In this document: positions 24,255-37,116 of the stretch, piece after piece
How positions within the stretch are numbered: position 1 is the stretch's first letter
Layout: every line of letters starts with the position of its first letter
The notes under the pieces: model-generated
Databases searched by the model: none
Told to the model about the DNA's origin: nothing
Seen by the model: only the letters and a program-made list of their open reading frames with translations
Assembly: GCF_032062105.1 (NCBI RefSeq)
Contig: NW_026935164.1
Coordinates: 248,001-312,000, forward strand
Source: Saccostrea cucullata
Taxonomy: Eukaryota
Direction: 5' to 3'
Length of the DNA stretch: 64,000 bases
Position numbers and translations under genes: made by a program

Positions 24255-26596
24255 ATGGAAAAGATAAAAGACTATCTTTGTGAGGGAAAATATCCCCTTC
24301 AGGTAGATAAAAATGAGAAAAGAAGAATCAGGGCTAAATCCAAAAGATTTATTATCAAAAGCGAAAAATTATTAATTGGATTAATAATTCAAAACAATTA
24401 AGAGAAGTAGTTTTGGAGCAAAAAAAATGACAGAAATTTTAGAAACATATCATGATAATAGAGGCCATATGGGAATAGAGAGGACATATAAGACCATATC
24501 TGAACTGTTCTTTGGGACATGTACGAAAATGTTCGAGAGTATGTCAACTCGTGCCATGCATGCCAAAAGTGTGGCAAATTTTCGAAAGTGACCCAAGAAC
24601 TGTATCCCATACCAATCGGGTCCCCCTGGCATCACATTTGTATTGATTTAGTTTCAATGCCTCGCTCAAATTCCATTCCAATTACATATTGACAATTGTC
24701 GACTTTTTTACAAAGTGGCCGGAAGCAATTCCCCTTCGATCAAAGACCTCTGCAGAAGTTGCACTGGCTCTATACCGAAAGTTTTTGGATAGAGGATTCC
24801 CCTCAGTTATTAGTAGTGACCAGGGAAGGGAATTCGTAAACTCAATTATGGATGAATTGTCCGAAAAATTGAAATTTGAGCAGCGTATTTCATCTGCTTA
24901 CCATCCCGAGACAAACGGTCTCGTTGAACGCTTTAATCAAACAATTCAGAAAATGTTGTTTAAATCAGCTAACGAGGACCACAGCAATTGGGATGAATGC
25001 ATTGATGAAGCTCTCTTCTCGTATAGAACTCAACCTCAAAAATCTACAAAATTCAGCCCCTTCCAAATCATGTACGGCCGAAAACACTGGCAAGACTCAA
25101 CATTAGAATTAGAGCCTACTAAAATCCCTTCTGCAGATGAAATATTTGAACATTTATCACAAATAAGAAACACTGTAAACGAAAAAGTTATGGAAAATGT
25201 CAAAACAGCTCAAGAAATTCAGGTCATTCAGCACAAAAGAAAGAGAGGCAACAAAATACAATTTGCAAAAAATGATAAGGTTTTGTTGTACAACTCCAGA
25301 AAAGCTGGCAGAAAGGGGTCAAAGATGGAGGCTACATGTACCTGGCAAGGACCATATTTTATATCAGATATCGGTTCAAAGGGGACAGTTTCTCTGCAAG
25401 ACGAACATGGGAAAGTTCTGAAAACAAAATATAATGTAAAACTTCTGAAAAAAATATGTTTCAAGAGATTTAACAACAGTTACCGAAAATAAGGAAAACC
25501 ATGACGGGAGTTCAAAAGCTGTTAAACGGAAGAAGCAAGATGCAGAAACACCTGACCAAAGAAAAATAAAACGCGTAATCATAGAAAGAGAACACAGTGA
25601 TGGTAACTCTCAAGGTATATTATTGAAGATGGAGATGGACACTATGATTTTTTGTTGCTGAAATATATCAATTTAAACATATCATTAGTACATATAAACG
25701 AGAGCTTCACCTCTCTCTCTCTCATCATCATATATTTTTGCCGTTTATAACTGTAACAAAATTACAATCTGTAGTACATGCATACGGATATAAATTTGTG
25801 GCGATTTACAGCTGCTTATCTTAGAAACAAAACATTTATAATCATTTCACTCTGGAAAAGCGGAAATGCATTGTTAGACAGGTAATTTTTTTTAGGAAAT
25901 GGTGTGCAAAGAAAGGGCAACGAGAATGCCGATGAGCTTCCCGATATTGAACCTACGGATGCTAGACGAGAAACTAACGATGAACTGCCTGATATTGAAC
26001 CAACAGATGCTGGACGCGTAACCACTGATGAGCTACCTGATATTGAACCAGCACAAAAGATTCATACAGACATTGCTGTAGATGATGTTGTATTTCTTTC
26101 AGCAACGAATGAACAATTTGTATTTAATACAGTTGATCATAAGTGGCAACAAAAACATATAAAAGTTTTGGGCAAAAGTGCGAAAATTAAAAAAGTGCAT
26201 TGTGAGAAAAGGGTATCCGAGTTAACGAAAACGATTATGAGGCTTTTCATGAAGGGGGATGGAAATTTGTTTTTTTTTAATTCAATTATCAATTAGTCAC
26301 GCTATTTCAGGCTCTCAGGCTTACCATTTGGAAGCCGGAGAAGCCGTGGTAGCATGGATGACAACAAATCACAAAATTATCAAATCGCATTTTGGAAAAG
26401 AGTATTTGGAAAAAAGCAATATGAAACAGGTGGGGACCTTGGCGACGGAGGCGGAAATTCTGTCTACTGCTGCATTGTTGTTTGGAATAAGTATGCCGCG
26501 AGTATGTTTAGCAAGGAACCATGTGAAAATGAATGCATATATCTTGTCAATGATTCAGGGGTGCATTTTGACTATGTCTACTCGCTGTCCAATTAA
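24255..26596 (+). pseudogene. Ginger1 transposase: H2C2 + DDE integrase + GPY motif, with spliced OTU domain
   Basis: MEKIKDYLCEGKYP.., HDNRGH..CHAC, VDFFTKWPEA, SDQGREF, ERFNQT, WQGPY; GT-AG intron 25615-25895; GDGN(C)FF..ATEAEILSTA..VHFDYV OTU motifs; frameshifted. Confidence 0.88.
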
Positions 26597-27457
26597 ATAA
26601 TTAAAAGATTTCGTGGTGATTATCCTTGAGTTTTTGTTACTTATTTAAAAAGTTGAATGGCACATGCTGATTCAAAATTACCAGTATGTTTCGCCCCACG
26701 CATTAAAACTTGGTATTCTTATTTTCAATTTGTGTGGAATAACAAACAACTTATTGGTTTGTACATGTGTTGAAGTTAACAAATGAATTATTTTTAATTC
26801 ATATTCTAATATCTTATCTCAATCAAGTAATGACTGATGCATACATGCACGCTCGGTGTTTCAATGTATAAAGTGTAAAAATGAAATTGCGACAAAACAG
26901 ATATACACACTAAAATTGACAATTAGCCATCTCCGACTTTAGTGCAAAATAGTTTAGTCAAATAAGTGACAATTGCAATGCAGTATATATATTTTTTTTA
27001 TTTTACGTATTTTTTATACGTGTATTCAAACATCCAATCGTCCAAACCCAGTTTAATAAAATATCTATAAATAAATAATTTTTAAAACACAACCAAAATG
27101 AAAAAATAATTGTATGAACTGATGTATAGGTGTGATGAGCAGGGGATGCACACATTTTCATGCAATTTTTCCGGTCATAAATTAAAAAAAGGGGGGGGGG
27201 TGGTTAAGCCCAATCTATGCATCCGGTGCCTTTGCTAAAATATGCATGACAGTCAGAATTTGATTTAAAATGTATTAGAACTCAAATCCATCTTATTTGA
27301 TTTTATAGTGATGTAATTTCATTAATATCACGCAAATTTAATTTCAAAATGAAATACAAATCCTAAAAATACTTCATAAAATTCATAAAAGTTAAATGGT
27401 CCCTAAAGCATACAATAAATATTTAATTATGTCAGTGTATATAAAACCGAAAACCGA

Positions 27458-27628
27458 AGGGGGAAGACTCACTCTGGTCATTATGGGGGAAGTCTCACTA
27501 TATAGCCATATTTCCCCCAAGGAGGAAGACTCACTATATAGCCATATTTCCCCCAAGGGGGAAGACTCACTATATAGCCAGACTTCCGGGGGGAAGTCTC
27601 ACTATGGCGGAAGTCTAACTATATGACA
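27458..27628. repeat. Ginger right TIR / subterminal repeat array
   Basis: GGGGAAG(T/A)CTCACTATATAGCC units, inverse of the left end. Confidence 0.88.
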
Positions 27629-28110
27629 CCGGACTGCATTTCCCCTGGAACTAGTAAGAAAATTAGCGTCATGATCTGGGGATACATTACATATCATGGC
27701 GTTGGTACACTTTGTAGAGTGAATGGCAACATAAATTCGGAAAAATACATACATATTTTGGAATATAACTTGTGGCCTGTGGTAGCATGGCACTTTCCCG
27801 ATAATAATTTCTGTGTATGGATGACAATGCACCCTCCATCGTTCTCAAATTTCCACTAATTACAAAGATAACAATATCCCAACAAATGGCACGCACAGTC
27901 ACCGGATTTGAATCCAATAGAAAATATATGATTAACAAGTAAAAGAAAGCTTCAAAGTCACATTTACGACAAAAATTCAGTTGATGAATTGTATAACATT
28001 TTTTTTTAATTTGGACATCATTTAGGGTAGAATATGTAAAAGGTCTGTATGTATCACTTCCAAAACGAGTGCGCCGAGTTCAACAGGCCCGTGGGTACAT
28101 CACAAAATAT
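27629..28110 (+). pseudogene. Tc1 transposase, 3' (catalytic) part
   Basis: ISVMIWGYITYHGVG..NSEKYIHILE; DDNAP-like and SPDLNPIEN motifs. Confidence 0.88.
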
Positions 28111-28301
28111 TAAAGAAACATCTTTTTTCTTCATTTTTATTAATTTTACATTAAACACGAAATATTTGGCAGCAATTTTCTGCATAGGACAATTTATTTG
28201 TGCAATTCAGAAATTACATAAAGGTTTGATTACCGGCGAGTATTTTCAAGAAATCAAAATGGCCGACATCATCGTGCGAATACTTTTGTCCACAGTCTGT
28301 A

Positions 28302-31160
28302 TTTGTCTGACTTGACTGCTCCACTTTGTACTCTTCTACAACAAGATGTAGAATGGCACTGCAATTCGACTCAGCAGTAGAGTTTCAGCAGACTGAAACA
28401 GTTAGTTTCCAGCTCACCAGTACTAAGTATTTCAGGTGACGAAAGGTCTAGGCGTAGTACTTCTCCAGGATGGACATCCCGTAGCATATGGATCGCGTGT
28501 CCTAACAGAGATCCAGAAGCGGTGTGTTCAGATTGAAGGTGAGATGCTAGCGATAGTTTATGGATGCGAGAAGTTTCATCACTACATATACGGCGAGGTG
28601 TGACCGTGGAAACAGACCATAAACCCTTTGTCGCGATCTACAACAAGCCACTTTACTGAGTGACTCCGAGACTTCAGCGAATGCTTATGAAGCTACAGCG
28701 CTACGATCTCAAGCTATTTATTGTACAGGGTGTCCCATAGTATGTACCACGTAAAGAGCTGCATATCTCAGATGTATTTAGTCGGTCTTACCTGAAAGAG
28801 ACTCCTGAGATCTCGTTGATGAAGAGATAGATATAAATTTCTGTGTCCCCCGAAAAACTACACCAGTTCAAAGAGGCAACTGCTGCAGACGAGACATTAC
28901 AAACGCTGAAAAATACTGTATTGGTTGGTTGGCCTGTTGAACGGTCGAGTGTTCCGGTGAATATCATTCAATTTTGGAATTATCGTGATGAAATAACCGC
29001 CATAGATAGACTCTTGTACAAAGGCCAACGACTCGTGGTACCGATCAGCTTGAAAACCGAGATGCTGAACAAGCTACACGAAGCCCACCTGGGCATAATA
29101 TAAAAACAAGAGGCCCAGTCTCTGCTCACCTGAAACTGACCATTCTGTTCTTTGAACTTATAGCAAAGGAAGAGAACCCTAAGCAGCTGATTATCTTTAC
29201 AACAGCAATATATAGAATAATGATCCTTGATAAAGTCTCTTTATGTTCTTAGTGTTTTTGTGTGCCAAGTTATATTGAAATCAGACCAAAACTTTAGGAG
29301 GAGATTTTTCCTATATATTTTATGTAAGACATTTCAATTTTTAGTAACCACGGCAACACAGTTCATCAAAATTAAAATTTGATACACAGAATTATGTATC
29401 ATAAGTGTATTCTTTGTGTGCCAAGTTATATTGAAATCAGACCAAAACTGTAGGAAAATTTTGAAACAATTTTACTATATATTTCTATATTTTAGTAACC
29501 ATGGGAACACCGTTCATCTAAATCAAAAACTGATACAAAGATTTATGTATCTTAGTGTATTCTACTTGTGTGCCAAATTATACTGAAATCAGTCCAAAAC
29601 TGTAGGAGGAGTAGCATTTTGAAAGAATTTCACATATATTTCTATTTTTAGTAACCATTGTGGCAACACCGTTCCTGGAAATCAAAAACCGATACACAGA
29701 ATTATGTATCTTAGTGTATTCTACTTGTGTGCCAAGTTATATTGAAATCAGACCAAAACTGTAGGAGGAGTAGCATTTTGATAGAATTTCACAGAAATTT
29801 CTATTTTTAGTAACCACGGCAACACCGTTCATCGAAATCAAAAACCGATACACAGAATTATGTATCTTAGTGTATTCTACTTGTGTGCCAAGTTATACTG
29901 AAATCAGACCAAAACTGTAGGAGGAGTAGCATTTTGAAAGAATTTCACAGAAATTTCTATATTTTATTAACCACGGCAACACCGTTCATCGAAATCAAAA
30001 ACCGATACACAGAATTATGTATCTTAGTGTAGTCTACTTGTGTGCCAAGTTATACTGAAATCAGACTAAAACTGTAGGAGGAAGCATTTTGAAAGAATTT
30101 CACAGAAATTTCTATTTTTAGTAACCACGGCAACACCGTTCATCGAAATCAAAAACCGATACACAGAATTATGTATCTTAGTGTAGTCTACTTGTGTGCC
30201 AAGTTATATTGAAATTAGACCAAAACTGTACGAGGAGATAAGCATTTTGAAAAATTGTTTACAGACAGACGGACGGACGCCGGACAAAATGTGATCGCAT
30301 AAGCTCTTCTGGTCTCTGTCCAGTAGAGCTAAAAAACAGACAAGAGCACGAGAAATACTCTTTTGGTAAAAAATGAACAAGGATATTGAAAACTTGACTG
30401 GACAATGTGCAGTGTGTAACAAGTACAGGAATTCTTATTGCAAGGAACCCTTGATTCCTCAGGAGACTCCTTCGCGTCCTTGCGCCAAAGTCGCAGCAGA
30501 TATGTTTTTCAGTTCAAAGGTTCGGAATACCTTTTGTGTGTCGATTACTATTCCAAATATCCGGAAATAGTCCGAATGCCTACAACATCCAGTTCACAAA
30601 CAATCACTGCGTTTTAATCTTTGTTTGCTCGTCAAGGCATTCCGACGGAACTATTCACGGAACACGAACCTCGGTTCTTGAGTTACGCATTCAAGAAGTT
30701 TGCGACAGATTGGGATTTCATTCACACCACCTCAAGTCCCAGATACCCACAATCAAATGGACAGGCGGAGAGATGTGTTCAGACTGTAAAGAATCTGCTC
30801 AGGAAAGCTGATGAATCGGGATCTGACATCTACACAAGTTGTATGAACTATCGAGAATCACCGATTGATGGAAAAGGGCTTTCACCATCCCAGCTACTCA
30901 TGAATAGACAGTTGCGTACAAAAAATACCAATAACATCGGACATGTTGAATTCTAAAGTTGTTGAATCCTGCAAGCCTCAACTTGTCATACGCCAAGAGA
31001 AACAAAAACACTAATATGATCGCCAATCTGACCTTTGCCGAACATCAACAAAGGTCAATAAGTCGTGTACAGAAAGATTCAAAACACCTGCAGTGGTAGA
31101 TCAGGAACATCCGGATCGATCTTATGTAGTGCGCTCGGGTGTTAACAAGCTTTATCGCAG
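28302..31160 (+). pseudogene. Gypsy A pol 3' part (RNase H, integrase), split by a HINE
   Basis: QIEGEMLAIVYGCEKFHHYIYG, TDHKP, LHEAHLGI..CAVC, SSPRYPQSNGQAER, SPSQLLMNRQLRT. Confidence 0.88.
29106..30335 (+). mobile_element. Helentron-type non-autonomous element (HINE) with ~156-bp internal satellite
   Basis: AACAAGAGGCCC start; GTGCCAA anchors at 29262, 29418, 29570, 29729, 29885, 30042, 30196; ACAG/ACGG microsatellite; 3' hairpin; inserted in an A tract. Confidence 0.85.
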
Positions 31161-31449
31161 AAACCGCAAATAACTGCTCTAAACTGATGAAACTACCTTG
31201 CCATCTGTTGTCCCAAATGACACATGCACCGAATCGATGGGATAAGCCGCCGCAGTCGCAATCGAAGCAAACAGATTCGTCGACCAGTCCGCGCCAAGAA
31301 CCACAGCGTACAGTGAGACGACCAAAATGAAGATTTTATTTGTGCATAAACTGTTGATTAATTGATTCAATTTTTCTAGTGAATTGACTTTAATTCATGA
31401 TTTAATTCTTTTAATATTTTCAGAAAGAAAAAATCTTTAAAAGGGGAGA

Positions 31450-31572
31450 TGTAATGTTTAATATTACATATTGTCAATTATATAAGCACTGCAATTTTTT
31501 TGTATGTTGTAAGCGGCCTGATCTATATTTAGATAAAGTATTGAATGCCATCTTGTTGGTTACACCTTTACA
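31450..31572 (+). repeat. 3' LTR of Gypsy A
   Basis: Matches 8540-8662, preceded by the PPT and followed by GAGGT. Confidence 0.93.
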
Positions 31573-31714
31573 GAGGTAGCAGCTCCGCTGCGAGATTCAC
31601 GCGCTAGAATTCAATATTTAGATTGGAAAAAATAGAATAAAATTCTTTTGTAGTGTTAAAGCATCCTCTTGCAGGTGCTAAAACGTTGAGTAACATGTAA
31701 CAACCACCAGTTGC

Positions 31715-32745
31715 ACCCCTTCCCACGGGAACCACTGACCCTGGGGTCATATATTTCAAACTTTTGGAAATTTTATCATAAAATTTCATCATGAAAGGTT
31801 GATTAAAACCAAAGAGCAGATTTTAAAGCATTAAATTATTTCCAGACTAAGTATCCCCTACCCCTGACCCAAGGGCACTGAAATTAATCATTTTGAAAGA
31901 GGCACGTTCCTTCATCAAAAATATATACTTAGATCATTGGCATAATACCCAGGAGCAAAGGAAAAGATTTTCAAAGAATTCATGCATTTTCACTAGATAA
32001 TCATTAGAGCCCCGCCCTAACACCAGAACCCGTGACTCAGGGACCTGAAATTCACAAATTGGAAGAAGCATCCTTCTTCAGGGGGTGGGGCTTTTGCAAA
32101 TATATACATAATATAGGCATTGAAAATTGGGTTTTACTTTTTTGTGTTGCTTTAACCCCCCACTTTCAATCCCCCCCCCCCCTTTCAATTTGCTTCCAAC
32201 GCCTATGCATAGTTCATTGGTTTAATACCCAGGAGCAGAGAAGAAGATTTTTAAAGAACTTATGCATTTTCACTATATAATCAATATAGCCACGCCCTTA
32301 CACCAAAACCCCTGACCCAGGGGCCATAAAATTCACAATTTTGGAAGAGACACTCTTGTTCAACATAATCATGTTAAGTTTTTTTAATATCCAGGAGAAG
32401 AGAAGAATATTTTTTAAGAATAAATGCATTTTCACTTTATAATCAATAGTACCCCGCCGTAACACCACAACCCATGACCCTGGGGTCATGAAATTCACAA
32501 TTTTGGAAGAGGCACTCTTGGTAATCATAACTTTGTACTCGGTTAGTTTGTTTAATATCCATCAGCAAAGGAGAAGATTTTCAAAGACATAATGCACTTT
32601 CACTATATAATCTATATAGCCCCGCCCTACTCTAGAACCCCTGACCCTGAGGCCATGAATTTCACAATTTTGGTAGAGGACTAAATACTGATTACAATCA
32701 TGCAAACAGTTTGACTGAAGTCCAGGAGTAAAGAAGAAGATTTTT
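31715..32745 (+). repeat. HINE-type tandem array, ~150-bp units
   Basis: Recurring CCCTGACCC..GGCCATGAAATTCACAATTTTGG..GAAGAAGATTTT; inverse of 35797-36875. Confidence 0.75.
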
Positions 32746-34179
32746 TGAGGTGACGTAAGTCAGCCTCGATAGCTGCTCTATAGCTTCAATGGCGGAACAC
32801 TGTGATCACTACCATTTGCATTTTCTTATTGATCTTCGCTCTTTTGGACAATTCACTACTCTTGTTGTTAAAAAATGATACCTTAGAAGGCAAGGATCAA
32901 ATCAGAGATATGTTGCTAATATGTAAACAATTGCACTTGCAAGAATGATTGGAAATATTAAAACGTTAATTTTTATCAGTTCTCTAAGAAATATAGTCCT
33001 CTGATTATACATGTACATGTATTGAAATTAGAATTTCAGTCACAAAACAAGATCTACAAGGTATTTAATGCGATTTCCAAGCAATAGGTAGTGTTTTTAT
33101 GGATTTAAAAATACTAAATACAAGTTCCTGATTGGGAATAAAATATGAAGTATCCCTACCCACCGAACTATTTTAGCGAGGGTAAAATGTAAACAACTGG
33201 CTACCGCAGAGATCGTGACCTACATGTAGGTCCCGTATGTATATTGAACGTCAATCGCAGGCAAGGATGAGAACAGAACAGTATATACTAAAACAAAACA
33301 GAAAGAAGCGTTATGCTTGAATTGAAACATGCAATTAATTAAATTTGGGGTTAACACAGAGGCGTAATAGACCCTATTGAGCTCCAAAATTCACCGTTAA
33401 CTTATTACAAAAGCGAAGTCATTTTCGCACTCATGGTAAATATCACAAAAGCGAAGTTATTTTCACCCCTCTGTTTTTGACGTAAAAATATCGTCCCTAT
33501 TTTATTAATCTATTTGGTGTTATCACTGTTGAAAAAGAAGAATAATAGCGGGGCACTTGTACCTATTTCGCTGCATACTAATGACCATTTCATCGAATAA
33601 GAATTCCTCTAGAATTTAGGATTCCACATATGGAAAAGTACGTTATTACAAGTAATCTATCGATGTCATACCAAAGGTAGATCATTTTTATTTTTAAAAT
33701 GATTGAATATGCTGTAAATATATACAGACATACAAGTATATTTTAGAGCTATTGAATTAGTTTTCATAATAATTTATACTTGTAATAACGTTATTATTAC
33801 GTGGTTTCTTTTATTCATAATTTAAAGAATTCATAAAGAGAGAAATAATTAGATCTATAAGGAATTTGAAAATGAGCTTTGAAGAGGATGTAACATGATT
33901 GCATTAATTTTAGTGGTTTTGGCCCCACCCCTCAGGTCCGAGGGGGGAGGGGGGCAGGGGCCATGACATTCACAATTTTGTTCCCCTTTAACCATAGATG
34001 TGCTATATGCCAAAATTGGCTCAGTGGTTCCTGGGAAGAAGCTGGAATTGTTTAGGGTTGAGCGGTACATCTGTCACAAGTTTACGACTGATTGATGACG
34101 GACGAAAACAGATAGCGTGAGATCAAGAGAATGTCGGAGAACGATTCAGAACCGTCTGCTCTAAGAGAGTGTCTTGTTA

Positions 34180-35050
34180 ATCAACATTGGTATCGTATGG
34201 AGTTAAAACAATGTTTTCCATTACGTACTGAATTGTGTTCGATTGGAAAATAGGTATTTTTTCCGGTACACGGAAGGTTATACCCTTACAAATGCGTGAT
34301 CAGGTTCTCGAATTTGCGCATGAAGGTCATCCTAGCATTGTTGTGGTAAAATTGCTACTTAGTAAATTATGGTGACCAGGGTTTGATAAGAGCTTAAAAA
34401 GTTTTGCAAAAGTTGTTAAATGTCAGATAGTGGGTCCACTATGTAAATCGAAGCAATGGAGCGCGCCGAATTGCCTTCTGCTTCATGGCAACATCTTGCC
34501 GCAGATCTTTTAGGTCTGCTACCAAATAGGGAGTATAAAGATGTGCTTGTACTTGTAGACTATTACAGTAGATATTTTGAGATCGGGATCACAAAAATTA
34601 TTTTGTTAAACAACATAAGAAGTCATCTCGAAATTTTGCTCAATTCATGGATTGCCGTTTTCAATCCATACCCACAATGGTCCTTATTAGTATTGATTGA
34701 TTGATTGTATATTGTTTCTACGTAATATTTCACTTTTGAAGACGCCACCACTTGCCGATGGAGAGTTGCAAATTTTGTCCAATACTCGGCACTCAGAGCC
34801 ATTGAGCAGGAAGTGATTATTTTAAAAATTTCAAGTTGGACAATGGCATATTCATCACAGAACGACTATTCGATGGCTGCAGGCAAATGACGAGGTAGAG
34901 CGGCTAAAAAGGTTAATTATGAAACGTGTTCGAATTGCTTTTGCTGAAGTCTAAGATTTGAAATCTTAACTAGACATTTCTTGTGATGTATCGAAATACA
35001 TCACAATTTTTTGTCCGTCTCAGTAACCTACTGGTCTAAAACTTCGCACA
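34180..35050 (+). pseudogene. Old Gypsy integrase remnant
   Basis: FAHEGHPSIV, WQHLAADLLG, VLVDYYSRYFEI; interrupted by a SINE fragment at ~34692-34812. Confidence 0.7.
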
Positions 35051-35148
35051 AAGTTGGCAAAGCTTTTTGTACTTCCGCACTTGTTAGTATTTCTACTGAT
35101 GTAGGTATTAAAAATAGTGATCTAAATGTCAGTTACAGATCTGTAAGA

Positions 35149-35377
35149 TTGATTGATTGATTGTATACTGTTTAACGTCCCTCTCCAGAATATTTCACTG
35201 ATATGGAGACGTCACCATTGCCGGTGAAGGGCTGCAAATTTAGGCCTATGCTCGGCACTCAGGGCCATTGAGCAGGGAGATCGTGCCACACCTGCTGGTT
35301 TATACGGTCTCATCCGAAGGACCGCCCCATTTAGTCGCCTTTTACGACAAGCAATTCAACCCGGATCCCCACGGGGT
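35149..35377 (-). mobile_element. 5'-truncated SINE with 13-bp TSD
   Basis: CAGATCTGTAAGA at 35136-35148 and 35378-35390; (ATTG)n tail. Confidence 0.88.
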
Positions 35378-35796
35378 CAGATCTGTAAGAATCTTCCATC
35401 AAGGTTTGAAGGATTTACAGTGTATAAGAGATAATTGGTGTCAACTTGATTATGTATTCAAAATGATGTACTATTAACTGAGTGTGTATTTGATATTGAT
35501 GCTTTCACAATTCATGCCCCCATTATACTTTGTATAAAATAGGGTAATTGAGTATTACTGTTGTTTTAAGCGAGAAAGGAAGAGATGGAGTGTTTGTACA
35601 ATTACTTTCTGTAAGAAAGATAACTCTATTTTATATGTCTGATTTTGTTGACTTAATACCCTTGCCCATGCCTTAGTTTCGGTTCAATAGTGTCTTCAAT
35701 GACGAGTGTTAAATCCGTATGTGTAGCCCATAAGAACGCTACAAGGTCAAAAAAGTTATTCAATTTTTTAAAAAATTGAAAACTTATCCCTTCTTT

Positions 35797-36875
35797 ATTA
35801 GGTCAGCTGAGTAAACTCAGGTGACCTATTGCTATCCGATTTCGTCCGTCGTGATCCGTCGTGCGTTAACATTTAAACATTTTCACTTTTTCAGCTTCTC
35901 TGAAACCGCTGAACCAATTTCAACCGATTTTGGCATATAGCATCTGTGGGTAAAGGGAAACAAACATTATGAATTTCATGGTCCCTGCCCCCCTGGGGCC
36001 TGGGAGGTGGGGCAAAAACCACTAAAATTAGTGCAATCTTTTTAAATCTTCTTCTTTACTCTTGGACATCAAGCAGTCAAACTGTTAATATAATTGTAAT
36101 AAGCATTGAGTCCTCTACCAAAATTGTGAAATTCATGGCCCCAGGGTCAGGGGTTCTGGTGTTAGGGCGGGGCTCCATTGATAATAAAGTGAAAATGCAT
36201 TAATTCTTTGAAATCTTCTTCTCTGCTCCTGGGTATTAAATAAACTAATTAAGTTCGTAGTTATGATGAGCAAGAGTGCCTCTACCAAAATTGTGAATTT
36301 TATGGCCCCAGGGTCAGGGGTTCTGGTGTTTGGGCGGGGCTCTATAATTATTATATAGTGAAAAATACATTACATCTATGAAAATCTTTTTCTCTACTCC
36401 TGGATATAAGCAGATGAACTATTTATATAGTTATGATGTGCAAGGGCTCTTCTTCCAGAATTGTGAATTTGATGGCCCCTAGGTCAGGGATACCAAAGGG
36501 GGGCTCTACTAATATACTGAAAATGAATTGTTTGAAATCCGCTCCTTGGTATTAATCAAACATTTTTGATAAGCAAGTGTGCCTTTTCAAAAATTGTGCA
36601 ATGTGTAGACCTAGGGTCAGGGGTTCATGTGTGGTAGGGGCACTTCTGATTATTGCTGAATATTACTGATTGGTTGACATGCATTTTTGTTCCCCTACCC
36701 TGCTTATGGGTATTAAGTAAACAAACTAAACAATTGCTAAGTGTATAGTTATGATTAGCAATGGTGCCTCTTTCAAAATTGTGAATGCCATAGCATCTAG
36801 CTTAAAACATGAACCAAATTCAATCATTTGAAAGTTGTTGTATGATGCTCAGGTGACTTATAAGGCCCATGGCCC
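35797..36875 (-). mobile_element. HINE with internal tandem repeats
   Basis: Hairpin TAGGTCAGCTGAG..CTCAGGTGACCTA, (CGTC) microsatellite, ~180-bp repeats, terminal CTCAGGTGA..AAGGCCCATGG. Confidence 0.8.
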
Positions 36876-37116
36876 AAACTTCACGTAATACTGATCGCAA
36901 AATTGCAAACTTCAAAGAAATTCTAACCAAGTTACTAAGCTGAATTTGAAAATCCATTGGAAAAATTAAATCTCCAGTAATAAATAGGGTAACTTAAGCA
37001 TTACAATAAGCCACCTATGGTAGCAAAATGCGAGTAGGAGTTTTAAAAAGATCTCTATAGAGCACCTCTTTTTTAAGGTATCCGATCCATAAAATGTCAT
37101 AATTTTCTAACCTTAA

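Larger units (their letters stand above)
17357..27628 (+). mobile_element. Ginger1-type DNA transposon (10.3 kb)
   Basis: TGT...ACA termini; CCGG TSD at 17353-17356 and 27629-27632; long TIRs built from TATAGTGAGACTTCCCCC units; Gypsy-like integrase with no RT or LTRs; removing it rejoins the Tc1 frame (ESWLP|DCISP). Confidence 0.92.
10390..28299 (+). mobile_element. Tc1 DNA transposon interrupted by Gypsy B and Ginger1
   Basis: Perfect 29-bp TIRs CAGACTGTGGACAAAAGTATTCGCACGAT; TA at 10388-10389 and 28300-28301; transposase pieces 16769-17356 (HTH, WKNIIFSDES) and 27629-28110 (SVMIWGYITYHGVG, SPDLNPIEN). Confidence 0.95.
8540..31572 (+). mobile_element. Gypsy LTR retrotransposon A (Mag/Steamer-like), expanded to 23 kb by nested insertions
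   Basis: 123-bp TG..CA LTRs at 8540-8662 and 31450-31572; GAGGT TSD at 8535-8539 and 31573-31577; PBS TGGTGTCAGAAG; PPT AAAAGGGGAGA; gag start ~8700 (LKPP..LAENWKEW); RT 10030-10385; RNase H 28302-28800; integrase 28843-31160. Confidence 0.93.

Noticed and set aside
24689-25492. Integrase of a third LTR retrotransposon, or host GIN1
   Set aside because: No RT, RNase H or LTR nearby; enclosed by TIRs with a CCGG TSD, which fits Ginger1
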